Of a DNA stretch of 64,000 nucleotides, positions 24,828 through 37,921 are shown in pieces. This stretch comes from Octopus vulgaris. Lineage: Eukaryota. The notes below the pieces were generated by a model. That model saw only the letters and a list, made by a program, of their open reading frames with translations, did not search any database and had not been told where the DNA came from. Positions within the stretch are counted from its first letter, which is position 1; the number at the start of each line of letters is the position of its first letter. Where the stretch lies: assembly GCA_951406725.2 (NCBI GenBank), contig OX597815.1:45136001-45200000 (forward strand). Reading direction: 5' to 3'. The translations under genes were made by a program, and so were the position numbers.

Positions 24828-26134
24828 CGAGCGGGAGAAATATACTCAATACTATAGTAGAGCAGATCAGCTTACATAAACTATGTGTGCATGCATGAAT
24901 GTGTTTTTTTACATGTATATATAAATTTTCTTAGATCCGCATATTCTTTACCGTTCTATTTACGCGCATAATAAATACTCATAACTATACACAATTATAC
25001 ACATATACTTACTCACAAATATACAGACTTTTGTTCTCTTTTGGTTAATATTCTTTCCCCTCTCCGATTACAAACTAGACTAGAACTGTCGCCATTTCCC
25101 TACAGACCAGTCGGAACACGTTTATTTTGGTTGAGGAACGCTAAAAAATACACTATGAAGAACCTTTGACCCTAATTAAAGACCGACAAAAAGGAACAAA
25201 AATGGCGTCAACCAGAAGAGCTGTTTACTGCCTTATTACAAGATTTATCGCTGACAATAGACTAAAACAAAAGCATATATATAAATAAAAATAATTAAGA
25301 ACAATTACTGTTACAACTAATAAAACTATAAGGAAAACAGAAACGAAGAGTAGTACAATAAAACAAAAATTATATATCAAAAGACAGAAAGCAAGAGGCA
25401 GGAAACATATGGGTAGTTGGTAGGTGTCACCGAGGATATACAGAAGAAACATTTTTAGCAGGATTATATTTTTATGGGACGGCTTATATTTGTTTTTGAT
25501 TTTTGTTTTAATTTATTTATTTCATCTATTTTTATGTATTTGTAATATGAGTTGCTTGAAAGCAAAGTGTATAGTTTCAGTCGTAGAACATATTCTTTGT
25601 CATGTAATGAAAATATTAATGATTTCTATACTTGCCAAAGTGGCGATGGCTAAACGAGTTAATACAAACAGACTACAAAATAAGTTGAGGGTTTACGCTG
25701 AATTGACAATGAAAAGACAGGCATTGTAAAGACAGGCATGGAAAAGCGAGTCAAGAGATCCAGGATTTTTCTTTGTACCAAACGATAAGTGCTTCAATTC
25801 AGCAGTATTCTTCGACTTACAGAGACATACTGAGAGTATTCTCTTTCGCATGAGTTATTCTTGCCTCTGCCAACCATCCTTTTAGCACTTTTACAACACA
25901 ACCCTCTCTATTTTCACCGCCTTTTCGAGAACTTCAAAATGATAATGAGGGTTCAGCTGAAGTATAACGTGTATGCTCTAATCTGGCCCAACATACAATC
26001 TCTTTCTCTAATGTCATCAAACGGAAAAATTGCATACACTTCTCTGTAAAAGAAAGGCTGCAGGGGTTTAGCACTTAGGACCTTTTAATCGTTTGCATGA
26101 TTTATGAGTGAAGTGCTTATTCTAAGTGTAAGAG

Positions 26135-27119
26135 AAAACACCCCGAGGATAATATTCCCTCGGACAAAACCCCCATAGTTAAAGTGTGAAAGCGGGCAAA
26201 ACCCCTTCGGTTATATTTTTCGGTTATTTTTCGTTTTTTTCCCCTTTTACTTGTTTCAGTTATTAGACTGTGGCCATGCTGGGGTACCACCTTGAAGAAT
26301 TTTTAGTTGAACGTATCAACCGTAGATTTTTATTACTTTTTACTTGTTGCAGTTATTAGACTGTGGCCATGCTGGAGCACCACCTTAAAATGATTAGACG
26401 ACTGTATCGAACTCAGAAGTTTTTAAAGCCTGGTCAAAACCACCACAGTGATAAATTTGTTTCTTTTTTTTGTACTTGTTAAATCATTAGACTGCGGCCA
26501 TAATTGTCTTTGGTGATCTTTAATTTGTGATCGGTAATAAAGTCACGGGAAAGAAAAGTCACAGTAATAAAGTTACAATTTTCGCTAGGAAAAAAAGTCA
26601 AAATTAATTTATGGGATCCAGACAAAGCCTCCCTAGGACAAAACCCCCTCGGACACCCACCCCCGGCCAAAACTCATAAGTAGAAGAGAATAACAGAACA
26701 AAACTCTTTAATGTACATATTGTCTGAATTCTAACAACAGGGAAAGCATCTACTTCAAAAAAATGTGTAGAAAGATAGAAACAATAAGAAGTACACTTGA
26801 ACAACTAGCCTTCAGCGCCATAATTCTGTTGGACCTTCAACGACCGGAGAAAGTTCAAAAGGTCAGTTCATTCTCATTAATCTCTAAGTGCATACAGAAA
26901 AAAACAAAAGAGTTTAAATCTAAATTTTAAAATACTGAATTTTCTGCGACTAATAATTCTTCAAGGGGATGCCCTAGCATGGCCGAAGTCTAATGACTGA
27001 AACAAGTAAAAAGGAAAAAGAACGAAAAACAACCAAAACATATAACCGGGGGGATTTTGCCCGCTTTCGCACTTTAACTAAGGGGGTTTTGTCCTAGGAG
27101 TGGGTTTTGTCCGGATCCC
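26135..27119. mobile_element. Foldback/Mutator-like non-autonomous element(s) with GGACAAAACCCC subrepeats
   Basis: ~145-bp inverted arms (26160-26305 vs 26945-27095). Terminus GGGATCC(A/G)GACAAA at 26613 and in reverse at 27119. Confidence 0.65.
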
Positions 27120-27239
27120 GCATATTTTATAGGCTCTTTACAACCGGTGTGGCTTTACTTACGTCCCTGGGACTTAGCGCTTTGGCACGTATGTATATAT
27201 GTATGTATATATGTATGTATATATGTATGTGTTTGTTAG

Positions 27240-27380
27240 ACGCTTCTGCATAGTTTCCATCTATTCACTCACAGGACATTAGTCGGCCTAAGGCAGTTGC
27301 CTAAGGTGCTATACAGTGACAGTGAACCCGAAACCACGAAGTTGTAAATTGAGCTTCTTAACCATACAGCCATGCCTGCG
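27240..27380 (-). mobile_element. Decayed SINE family B head
   Basis: Reverse complement similarity to 54321-54480. Confidence 0.6.
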
Positions 27381-28101
27381 ATATCATGTCTTTTCTTTTT
27401 CTTTGCTTTAAAGAGTGTTTGCGACGGCTAATGTTCCTCCTTTCTTCATATTTACATTTGCCGTAACGTGTGCATGTATACCGTTGCTGGTGTCGGTCTC
27501 GTTGTGGTTGTAGTTGCTGATACCGTTTAGAAGATTTCTACTCAGTACAATTTAAATTCAATGTTAAAATGCTCGTGTTTATTTTAGTTCATAGTTACAA
27601 TAAAGTATTCTTTTCTTTTTGTTTTCTGAGTGTGAAATATAGTGTATTTTTCCAGTTTTCTTTTTGTAGGGCTGGAGTACGAATATTCATTGCCAATTCT
27701 TTGCATGTCGGTGACTGAAATTAAAAATGGCGTAAAGGTTAGTATATTGCATTCAGGATCTAACGATTATGAGTTCGTATTCCCGGACCGGGCGACGTGT
27801 TACGCTCTTGAGCAAAAGCAGACACATTAATCCTTCTTTTGAACAGGTTTAATGATTTTTCTTTAATACATCTATCAAAAAATATCTATCGGTTTTCTAT
27901 CGGTTTTCGGCAAATATATATACGAATCAAGGAAAGAATCGGAGAAAATAAACAAAGAATTAAGCGCTACATCAATGCCGATGGTCCCTTTTTTATACCA
28001 GACCTTACTTGCCACCGAACTTAATATTTGTGAAAATGGGTTTGAAAACATAAATTACTAATGAATAATTAAAGTTTGGCATTAACTTCATAGTATAAAC
28101 A

Positions 28102-28614
28102 GAAACAAAATGTTAATTTTTTCATATCATTTTGTCAATATCTGGTGTCATGTTAGTGTCATTATTGTTATTTTATGTTTACATCTAACATTTATATTTA
28201 ATGGCATTATTTGAGGTTTTGTGCATTCAACTACTTAAACCTAATAGTCGTATAATCGCGAACATTTTGCATTTGATTAATCTCTTATTCCTGCTAAAAT
28301 AGACCGGGAACCACGAGGCCTCCAAAAAATGGCCAGGGAAACAAAATGTTAATTTTTTCATATCATTTTGTCAATATCTGGTGTCATGTTAGTGTCATTA
28401 TTGTTATTTTATGTTTACATCTAACATTTATATATAATGGCATTATTTGAGGTTTTGTGCATTCAACTACTTAAACCTAATAGTCGTGTAATCGCGAACA
28501 TTGTGCATTTGATTAATCTCTTATTCCTGCCAAAATAGGCCGGGAACCGCGAGGCCTCCAAAAAATGGCCAGGGGCCGCGAAGCAAAAATTGTGAAAAAG
28601 GTTGAGAACCACTG
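28102..28614. mobile_element. hAT (Charlie-like) terminal fragment with 236-bp internal tandem duplication
   Basis: Terminus AAGGTTGAGAACCACTG (rc CAGTGGTTCTCAACCTT). Unit starting GAAACAAAATGTT at 28102 and 28338, nearly identical. Confidence 0.75.
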
Positions 28615-28919
28615 TACTAGACCATGAAATACACTATAAATTTTATTGCAATAGCATGTACTTGCAAAATTACCATATAAATAAGCTTTCAATAGTGCGC
28701 AGGCAGGTGCACATACGCATATAACCATACATAAGAATAAGCTATGTACATTTAATAAACTGTGAGCCTTTGTAGACACACAAAGGAAACGCTCTTTATT
28801 TACTTTACTTTCTAACGTTGTATAACTTCAGAAATGCTTTGCTTTATATAGGATACAATCGTATTAAATATCTAAATCTAACCACCCGCACTTGCATATA
28901 TATATATATATATATATAT

Positions 28920-29185
28920 AGGACGAATGCTGCTGTTGATTAGCTCCAAGAGGCGGTCGCCTCTAGCTAGCTATATGACATACGAACCTGTGTCCATTAT
29001 AACCTTCGAACAGGGAGGTCAGTCGCTTCCCCTTGCTGGTCTGGCATCTACAGACAAGTTTCAGGGTAACTCAGAGTAACAGGATTTGTTGAATTTTCTG
29101 CTGCTTTAAATAAAGCATATAACTCTACCACTGGTATTTGAGTACTCTTTTTTCCACCTTGTTTCATATTTATGTGTTTACTCCA

Positions 29186-29255
<70 letters not shown>

Positions 29256-29497
29256 GGCAAATACCCTGAAACTTGTCTGTAGATGCCAGACCAGCAAGGG
29301 GAAGCGACTGACCTCCCTGTTCGAAGGTTATAATGGACACAGGTTCGTATGTCACATAGCTAGCTAGAGGCGATCGCCTCTTGGAGCTAATCAACGGCAG
29401 CATTCGTCCTATTTTTCTGGACTGCCATGTTAGCTTAGCGATAACTATTAATATCCAGTACCGCTGCCGTAGTCTCCTTTAGAGAGACTTAGAAATA
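28920..29497. mobile_element. Inverted-pair HHR-associated element in (TA)n (relative of the 353-bp repeat) fused to a second pLTR family
   Basis: 149-bp arms 28920-29068 / 29262-29410. The + arm starts inside an HHR: GGGGCAAAUACCCU-GAAA-CUUG-UC. Confidence 0.8.
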
Positions 29498-32400
29498 TTA
29501 ATATATATATATATTCCGAAAGGCCTTGTTGGAAGTCAACCTTCCGAGTTCTTCTACAGGGTTTAGAAAAACTGAAGGACCGCTGCAGTAAGTGTTTGAA
29601 TCTGAGAGGGGAATATGTTGCATAAAATCATAAGTAACTGATCCTCCAGTATTTTCTTTCATCGAAAGTCAGTAACTTCTCAGCACTCATATTTCGTGAA
29701 AAGCAATCTACTCATCGATGCTTAGAGAATTTACATGGTACCGCAAAACTAAATGTAAATTATATACAATTTCAATTGGTTAAGCCATTTAAACTTTGAC
29801 GGTTCCGGGTGTCTATAAACCTAAACACACTTTGTTTATCGACTCCCGAAATTTGCAAATAAACAGAGTTGTTCTCGTCGGGATTTGAAATGCAAAACCA
29901 AAATAAACATCTTTAGGTTTCTTCGTTTGAAACACCAAAACAGCTCTATCAATTCGCTTTCTGGCTGGTGTTGCATGCAAGCTTGCTATTCTTTCGTTCT
30001 TTATAGCTGATATTTATTTGGTGTGTGTTGTGTCTGTAGTTAAGAATGTTAGTCTTACTAATGATGTTGTGTGTTGTGCTTTTACTGTCATAATAGCTAC
30101 TTCTGATAATATCGTCGATGACATCGTTGTCTTCCTTATTGTTGTTATAGCCACTGTTATAGCTGTCACTGTTGATGTGCTCGCTCATGTTGATGTGCTT
30201 TTTGCTGTCTTTTTTCTGTTATTGTGTAACTATTTGTTTCTTATAGCATCAGGTGACATGGAAAGAAAGAAAACAACTGTAGATGTATTGTATAAGCGTT
30301 GAAGCTAACCTAGAGTTACCATAAATTAAAGTAAATATTCAAACAATCTACTTTTTCATGTATTGTTTTCTCTCTGTCACAGTTTTCGCAGATACTCACA
30401 GATGTGTATAGGTGGTGGTTTTGGAAGATGTCTGCCATTTTTTTACACGCCCACAGTTTTTAAAACGAGTGCGGGAATATGACTGTGTGTGACCATATGC
30501 ATTATATTAAAGTAATTGTGTGTGTATATATGTGTGTAATAGTATGTAATTGATATTTACGGATGCATGTCAAATATTCTGTAATGTTTGCTATATGTAC
30601 GCATGCACAGACGGAAACATGTGAATCCACGTGTTTAAAATACACAGCCAAACGCATATGCATACAATATGTGTATGGAAGTGCGTGGATTTGTGTGTAT
30701 GCGCGTAAGTATGGGAGTTAAGTATAATGTGTGTAAGTAGCCCATGATATATTTAAACACGGTATATACATTTTCAAAGAGTGAAAAGAGTGTTTCAAAA
30801 AGGCTTTGAGAATTGATATGGAAATGCAAAAGGAACAGAAGGGTCATATTCGAAACTGTGTAAGTTTCAAATAATTTAAATAAAATTAAGCCAGACAATA
30901 AAATAAACTCACTGAAAGCCCAACAATAAGATAAACTACTTGGAAGCCTGACTGAAATATACCATTACAACACGGTTGGTGGTTTTCTACACAATTTTTT
31001 CCAACAATACTTAAATATTCTTTGAAGCAAATCACTATTTTTCCTTTTCACCTTTTTTTGAAACCGGAGAGAAGTTTCCTCCCAACCATAATTATAAAGT
31101 TTGTGCAATAAGGTTTAACGGGCCATGCATAAACAACGAAGACCACTGTCGAAAAATATGTGTTCAGAAATTAATTGGATTTATATCGTGATGGATCAAA
31201 AGTATGGAACCGATATATATTTTGAAGTTGGAATGCTGAGTTCTGATATTGTGAATAAGTTTTTAAGTTTCCTACACAAAATAATTATCAACAGAAGGGT
31301 AGATTATTTTGGAAAAACTCTATATTTGACGGTTTCAGTTTGTATGCCGTCAAAATATGTTTAACTGGTTATTTAAGCGCTACATGTCTACAGGATCAGT
31401 TCACAAGACAATCAGTTACAACAACAGCAACAAACCACTTTTAGTATCAGAAATACATGCAATACTAATCATAAGATGTAAACATTTCATAAATCTCATA
31501 CTTAAAGGGCGTAGTTCTGTAAACCCCAAAAGATTTAGTTGCTTGTGTAATAATACATTGCAAGGGAGTTTTCCATATATTTCATTGGCAAATTTGATTT
31601 CTGCATGTGAGGAAAAGAAACGTTGTAGTTTATACGTGAATTCTGTCCTCTAATACTACTCCTGGTACGAATTTGCAGCTAACGTGAACTAAGCAACAGA
31701 GTGTAAAAATAGTTGGCCAAAAAATAGCACGTCAACCACATCGATGTTGGGATATGAAATGACAAATCTCCAACTCCTCGGAAGGTGGAGATACTTTCTC
31801 TGCTTGTCTAGTTGCAACTAACAGAGACGTATTACATTAGAAGCACAGTAACTCCTACAGCCAATTTTTGTTGGTAACTCAAAAGACTAAATATTAGTTT
31901 TACTTTTTCTGATTATATTTTAATTTGAACGATAAGCAATCTCATTTAATGAAATATACGCAGTCACTCCTCAGGCCTGACTTTCTAAGTGGCCGGAAAA
32001 GAGGAGATTCGTTGGGCCAACAGTTTTCCCAGGTTAGTGGCATTATTCAATTCAAACCAAGATGTTTTAACGATTGCCCACAGTTTTTTTTTACTTGGTT
32101 CATTTTTGTTGTATTTGCTGTTTTTACATCGAGTAGAAAAGAATGTTCGTCTCTTTTCAAATATTCTTGAATCCACCTGTTGAATCGAAAGCATCTTGCT
32201 CGGTAAGCAGAAGTTGATCGTATTTTAGTCATTAAGGAAAAGGTTAAACCTCTACATTTGCTTTTGACTTACTTTCTTTTGCTGAGTATTATCACTTACT
32301 GCTATAACCTATGTATTTGATGGGAATTTTATTCTATTTCTTCTGATTATTGTCTGTTGTAAATATGAATCTGCGGGGTTTTGATGTTGAGTTTGCTTAT

Positions 32401-33105
32401 TGAGGATATTAATCTATGAGTGAGTTTATGATGTTCATTTTCACACCACTTGTCAATCACTGCGCGGTTCCCTTGTGATGTACCTAATTAGCACTGCCAT
32501 TTTGGCAGACCTTCGAAAAATACATGTGATATTTTACATTTTAGTTTCAGTTGTTAAATAGCGAATACTCGTAATTTAATATTGGGGTCAGCTTTGCATG
32601 GGATGGATGGGTAGTAAAAACAGTTTCTTAATCAGCAACAATCGTTTAAAAATAATGCTTGTTTCATTTTACCACGCGGTTTCCTAGCCCAAATGACCTT
32701 TAAATTTAATCGCGTTGCTAAATTCGTGACTTAACTTAAATTAAAATCCTCCAATCTCTACTCACTTGGAGAGAGCCCGAACAACAGAAAAGAAAGGATA
32801 GATAAGGCAGAGACGAGATGAAAACGACTTCTTATCTAGTAATTAGAAGCACTGCAATAGAAGATAAGATACCTTCTTAAATATGATTTAGAATCCCCCT
32901 TCCAAGCATACACTCTCCGTGTCCCTTTTATCACATGCTTTTTCTGAACGTCCCTGTCTACGTTTGCCTCTGACTCTACCACTTTTTTCTATCCACGCTT
33001 TCTTACTTTTTCTCTCTTTTTCTCTTTCTCTTTCTATTTCCATACATATATACATGTATATATACACTTACACTCAGCCCCACACAAATATATGTATGTA
33101 TGTAC

Positions 33106-33165
<60 letters not shown>

Positions 33166-33274
33166 TTATCTATCTATCTATTTATCTATCCATACATAGA
33201 CACAGACACACGCACAGACACACATAGACACACACACACATAGACACACACACAAACACGCACGTGTGTGTGCG

Positions 33275-33400
33275 TGTATCTGTTTCAGTCATCAGACTGT
33301 GGCCATTGTGGGGCACCGGCTTGCAGAATTTAGCTGAACTACTATGTTATGAGGACGTAAACAAACGCGGCCTGTCAAGCAGTAGTGAGGGGATACAAAG
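33275..33400 (-). mobile_element. SINE family B tail fragment
   Basis: TGTTTCAGTCATCAGACTGTGGCCAT...GACGTAAACAAAC. Confidence 0.6.
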
Positions 33401-33437
33401 ACATACACACACATACAGATACTTAGTGGCGTGTGTA

Positions 33438-33488
<51 letters not shown>

Positions 33489-33493
<5 letters not shown>

Positions 33494-33818
33494 TGCAGCG
33501 TGGAAGGTGTTTATAAGCCATTTAAGAAACACACAAAAGCCGTTCGATTCACTTCAACATTTAAGTTTAATTTGTCAAAATATTTTCGTCGCTAAAATCC
33601 GCGACCTGTTCACTGACAAAAATCCGTGCTGCATCACGTGAACAGGTCGCGGATTTTAGCGACGAAAATATTTTGACAAATTAAACTTAAATGTTGAAGT
33701 GAATCGAACGGCTTTTGTGTGTTTCTTAAATGGCTTATAAACACCTTCCACGCTGCAATTGTTTTCGTTTCAGCACACGATCTCAGATCAAATTACTTGC
33801 TATACGAGTACATCTCCG

Positions 33819-33820
<2 letters not shown>
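33489..33820. mobile_element. Palindromic PLE-like pLTR insertion in (TA)n
   Basis: Perfect 125-bp arms 33489-33613 / 33638-33762 plus a ~58-bp tail. (TA)n on both sides. Confidence 0.85.
33571..33620 (-). ncRNA. Hammerhead ribozyme variant with G3-C8 core
   Basis: Minus: UUUGUCA-GUGAACA-G-GUCGC GGAUUUUA GCGAC-GAAA-AUAU-UU-UGACAAA. Confidence 0.75.
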
Positions 33821-33873
<53 letters not shown>

Positions 33874-33980
33874 TCCTTACGTCACTAACTTTTTGGGAAG
33901 TTTTTCCTTATATATATATATATATATATTCGAACTTCTTTCAATTTCCGTCTACCAGATCCACTCACAGAACTTTGGTT

Positions 33981-34590
33981 GATCCGGGATTTAAATTTTT
34001 TCCCACGAGAGTTTCGGACCCCAGTTATGAACTCATTTGCATTCAGCCTATCAGAGCTCACATTCACCTTCTTGTAAAGTTAACAAAGATTGGCATTCAA
34101 AATGGCGACTTCCGATTGCAATGCGAATCTTGTATTTATGCTCCCACGCACATCCCTATATCATCAATACTGAATATATACGCTGGTTAGCGGTAAGTTT
34201 GAATTACTATAGCAATCAAAGATTATGTTTTTGACGAATGTGAAAGTACGGAAACTGCTTGAAGGTTTTATAAATACACATTGATTCATTGATACGAATT
34301 ATGGACGTGTGTGTATTGTTAATGTATATTTGGCTATCCGAGTCCCACATGTGCATTTTCCTGTGGTCTTCAGAGGCAGCCATGGTTGAACCAAGAACAA
34401 GAACAACAAGCATTATTAAAAGAGAAATGGAGCATGGTCATTCCTTACCCAAGTAACTTTATCTTAGCGCCCATCACTTGTTATGCGCTCATAAATTAGT
34501 TTGATAGTTGAGCTCTGATTGGCTGCATGCAAATGAGTTCATAACTGGAGTCCGGAACTCTCGTGGAAAAAAATTCGCGACCTGGGTCTG
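33981..34590. mobile_element. MITE with ~70-80-bp TIRs
   Basis: 33993-34060 is the reverse complement of 34509-34575 (CCACGAGAGTT.CGGAC.CCAGTTATGAACTCATTTGCAT.CAGCC.ATCAGAGCTCA). Confidence 0.8.
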
Positions 34591-35339
34591 TGGAAAAAGA
34601 CATTTTCTCATGCTGCTACACAGAAGACTGAAGCATCAATAATGTGGTGTATTTATGTACGTATGTATGAATGTATGTATGTATGTATGTATGTATGTAT
34701 GTAGGTAGGTAGGTATATAGATGAATAGATAGATACATACATACACACACATATAAATACACATATGTATACACACACACATACACACAAACATAGGGAT
34801 TCTAAAATCACAAGAACCCATGAATTTTTTCCTGTTAGACAAGAGCAACTGTTGCCTATGCAGAAGCCTCTGCACCATTGATGTTGTTCAAGAGAACAGT
34901 AAGTGCAGAAATTCTATGATATAGAAATTCAACATCATGTTACATGCTAACTAGATATTGGACATTAAGTATTTCGAAGTTAGTGACGGGTGGTTATAAT
35001 GATTTATAAAATGTCATGAATTAAAATATTAGACCACTGACATCGAAACAGGCAGTAAACCAACCTATTGAATCGAATTTTTCAGGAAGCGGTTAAGTAA
35101 TTTCATCGTGAAGAGCTCCTAAATTCTCAAGTATATAACGAGGATAAAAATTTAAGAAAGAATCTCCTCTTAATGAATCCTCATTCCCTTGTCGCAAATT
35201 AAATAATGAGTTATCTGTCCACGTTGCTTTGTGCGAACGCAGCAGTATGGAATTTGTACGATTAATGGAGAAGTGTGGTGAACACATCCGCAAGTTTTGA
35301 AAGACGTATTAATCCAATTACTAGTGCATTATTACTATT

Positions 35340-35490
35340 GCGGTGAGCGGACAGAATCATTACTGCGCCGGACAAAATGCCTAGGTGCATTTCTTCCGGT
35401 TCTTTACTTTCTGAGTTCAAATGCCGCCGAGAAGGACTCTACCTTTCATCCACTCAGGGTGGATAAAATAAAATAAGTACCAATCAAGCA
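35340..35490 (+). mobile_element. Decayed SINE family A copy
   Basis: GCGGTGAGCGGACAGAATC...GAGTTCAAATGCCGCCGAG...CCTTTCATCC...GATAAAAT..AAGTACC. Confidence 0.7.
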
Positions 35491-35725
35491 CTTAGAAATC
35501 GCGGTTCAGTGTGCACACTTCTGTTTTTTCTCACATTTCATTTATGCAGTCGATAGATACTAGTAAGATGATCTCAAACTTCCTACTGATAATGTGGAAG
35601 TACTGTTAATGTGGGCCAATGCATCTGCTTACCCACTTGGTCATCAGCTTGTTAGTACAGATGAGAAAATAAAGTGTATGATACTGTTGCCTAATGTTAC
35701 GTTTTACGATCCAATTATAATTGTT

Positions 35726-35819
35726 GTCTTACGGCCATATCACGTTGAAAATTTCTCGTCTGATCACCGAAGTTAGTACTTAGATGTGTGACCACTTGGG
35801 AAACCTAGGTGCTGTAGAC
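35726..35819 (+). pseudogene. 5S rRNA pseudogene with two internal deletions
   Basis: GTCTTACGGCCATATCACGTTGAAAA..TTCTCGTCTGATCACCGAAGTTA|GTACTTAGATGTGTGACCACTTGGGAAACCTAGGTGCTGTAGAC matches both ends of metazoan 5S rRNA. 94 bp versus ~120. Confidence 0.85.
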
Positions 35820-37310
35820 ATCTATTAAATAAGGCTGTGTTCCAAGATGGCCGCAGTCAAATGACTGGCACAAGTAAAAGAATAAAACAAAATAGATCAA
35901 TTGATCAAGGTACAATTGTAGCCTTCAAGAGACTATACTAACGAAGATTTTTGGATGAGGTTCTCGTGGTGATAAAAGGGGGCAGTATTATGGAAGGCGC
36001 TGAAGGCAAGTAATCGCAGCATCATCTATTTTATCCATTTTCATTCCCATGGCGTGAGACAACTATTGATATTAGTTATTATATGCACCAATTCAAGACA
36101 AAAAGAAAAAAAGAGCAACAGAACTACATATGTGACTCGAATCACCAATGTATCATCCGCTTGATATCGTATACTGCTTACGCAAGAGAATGCTTGCCAT
36201 TTCCTCATCTCAAATTCGAGACTAACAATAGATACGTATTTCAAGCACCGTCAATGTTTTGTTCTTTCGTTTCAATCTGGTGATAAATAACAACACTAAT
36301 ATCAGTGTTGTTATTAACAGTCTGTATTCCGCCAGCCTGTTTTGGTTTATTCCTTCAATAAAGCACTTCAATAATTAGGCTCAGAATATCGTGCTAATAT
36401 TGTGGACTCCGCCAAAACGCCATATGATATTCAATAAAGATACTCGAGTAATTATTGTTTATGTTTATCCCTATTTTATATATAATCTATTGGAATAACT
36501 AGGGAAAGGCGATGGAATGGTCCACTCCTGGTGGACGTTTTTTAGGAAGCGGCAATTTTAGGTCTGCTCTATAAGCCTGTATGGACTATATTGGTAAGAA
36601 AATGGCGGCAAGCTGAAGAGTTACCCCAGGCGGCACATACACTTGTGACGCCACAGGCAGGCTTGTGATTAAAGGTTTTCCAGTTGTGATTAAGCACTTT
36701 CTCTGTTTGATTATTATTGTTGTTCTTTTTCCTAAGATGATTTATTTATTACTTTATTATCCTATGTGTCCTTTTCAATACGTAAGGGGGTGATTTCAGA
36801 GATTTATTGACTATTTCAGTTAGGCTGATCGACCATTTAGAAGCTCACCCTTTTTACACAGTTAATTTGATTTTGTGGGATCTTAATAACTTATTCAAAG
36901 AGCAAACCTGTCGCGCTGATCTGACAATAACATCTTCCTATACTATCAAGCGGCTTAGCGAGGAGTATAAGGACCCTTTCTGAAAGGAACGTGCAAATCT
37001 AATAACTTAGCTTGATTTACTCCTCTTAATTAAGCGGAGATAACAATTATTAATTGAATGTGTCACATATCTCATATATCAAATGACATGTTATCATTAT
37101 TTTCATAATTATAGTCGTATTATTTCATTTTGTTGGTGATGGTGGTGACAGCGTCGCAGTGGATGTCGTTCGTATTGTTATCATTGTTTACAAGAGAACG
37201 ACAGCGATGACAGAACCAATGAATTATGTTCCTTTATATTTCATGTTCTTAAATCGTCGTTTCCGTCTAATTTGTTGTGGTATCTTTGCTGTGCAAGACA
37301 ACAACTACAA

Positions 37311-37376
<66 letters not shown>

Positions 37377-37504
37377 ACACACACAGAGACACACACACAC
37401 ACATACACATACACACACACACACGTACACGCACACACACACACACACACATATACTGTGATAACAACAATCATTTAATAAACACAAGATTTCAATGTGG
37501 GCTA

Positions 37505-37864
37505 CTATAAGTTTCGTGTTCTGTTAGCAGAGTAGTCGGATATACATGCACAGCGCATAATAGCGGCTGATAGGTACGTTGCTTGGCATTAGAAATGGCT
37601 TGTCGAGGTTTTGTGGGGGCGTTCATTCTTCAACGCTCTTAGTGGCCTTGGAGTTACTGGTACAGCAAAATGGAGGCTTACAATTCCATCACAGAAGCTG
37701 CATAATTGAAAGTTACTAGATGGATTTCGTTAAAGAGAGCAGACCAAAAGTTTGCTGATATTGAGATGCAGACTAGGACTTGATCAACCACAGCTGGCTT
37801 GACTGGCTAGGGGTGTGATGATGAAAGACCCGACTCCCGCGACCCTAGAAATATCACTGACGAA

Positions 37865-37866
<2 letters not shown>
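37505..37866 (+). mobile_element. HERO-like RLE non-LTR retrotransposon 3' fragment
   Basis: VRCLALEMACRGFVG / SFFNALSGLGVTGTAK / SITEAA* / KVTRWISLKRADQ, resembling the PIEVGCRGF...EAAEKASRWLWLKR C-terminus, followed by a 3' UTR and (TA)n. Confidence 0.7.

Positions 37867-37917
<51 letters not shown>

Positions 37918-37921
<4 letters not shown>

Noticed and set aside
29949-30302. Val-rich / Asn-rich ORFs
   Set aside because: Degenerate (GTT)n/(GAT)n trinucleotide low-complexity sequence.
30900-32703. Possible decayed TTAA-ended DNA transposon
   Set aside because: Only one terminus-like TTAAAGG and no recognisable protein motif in any frame.
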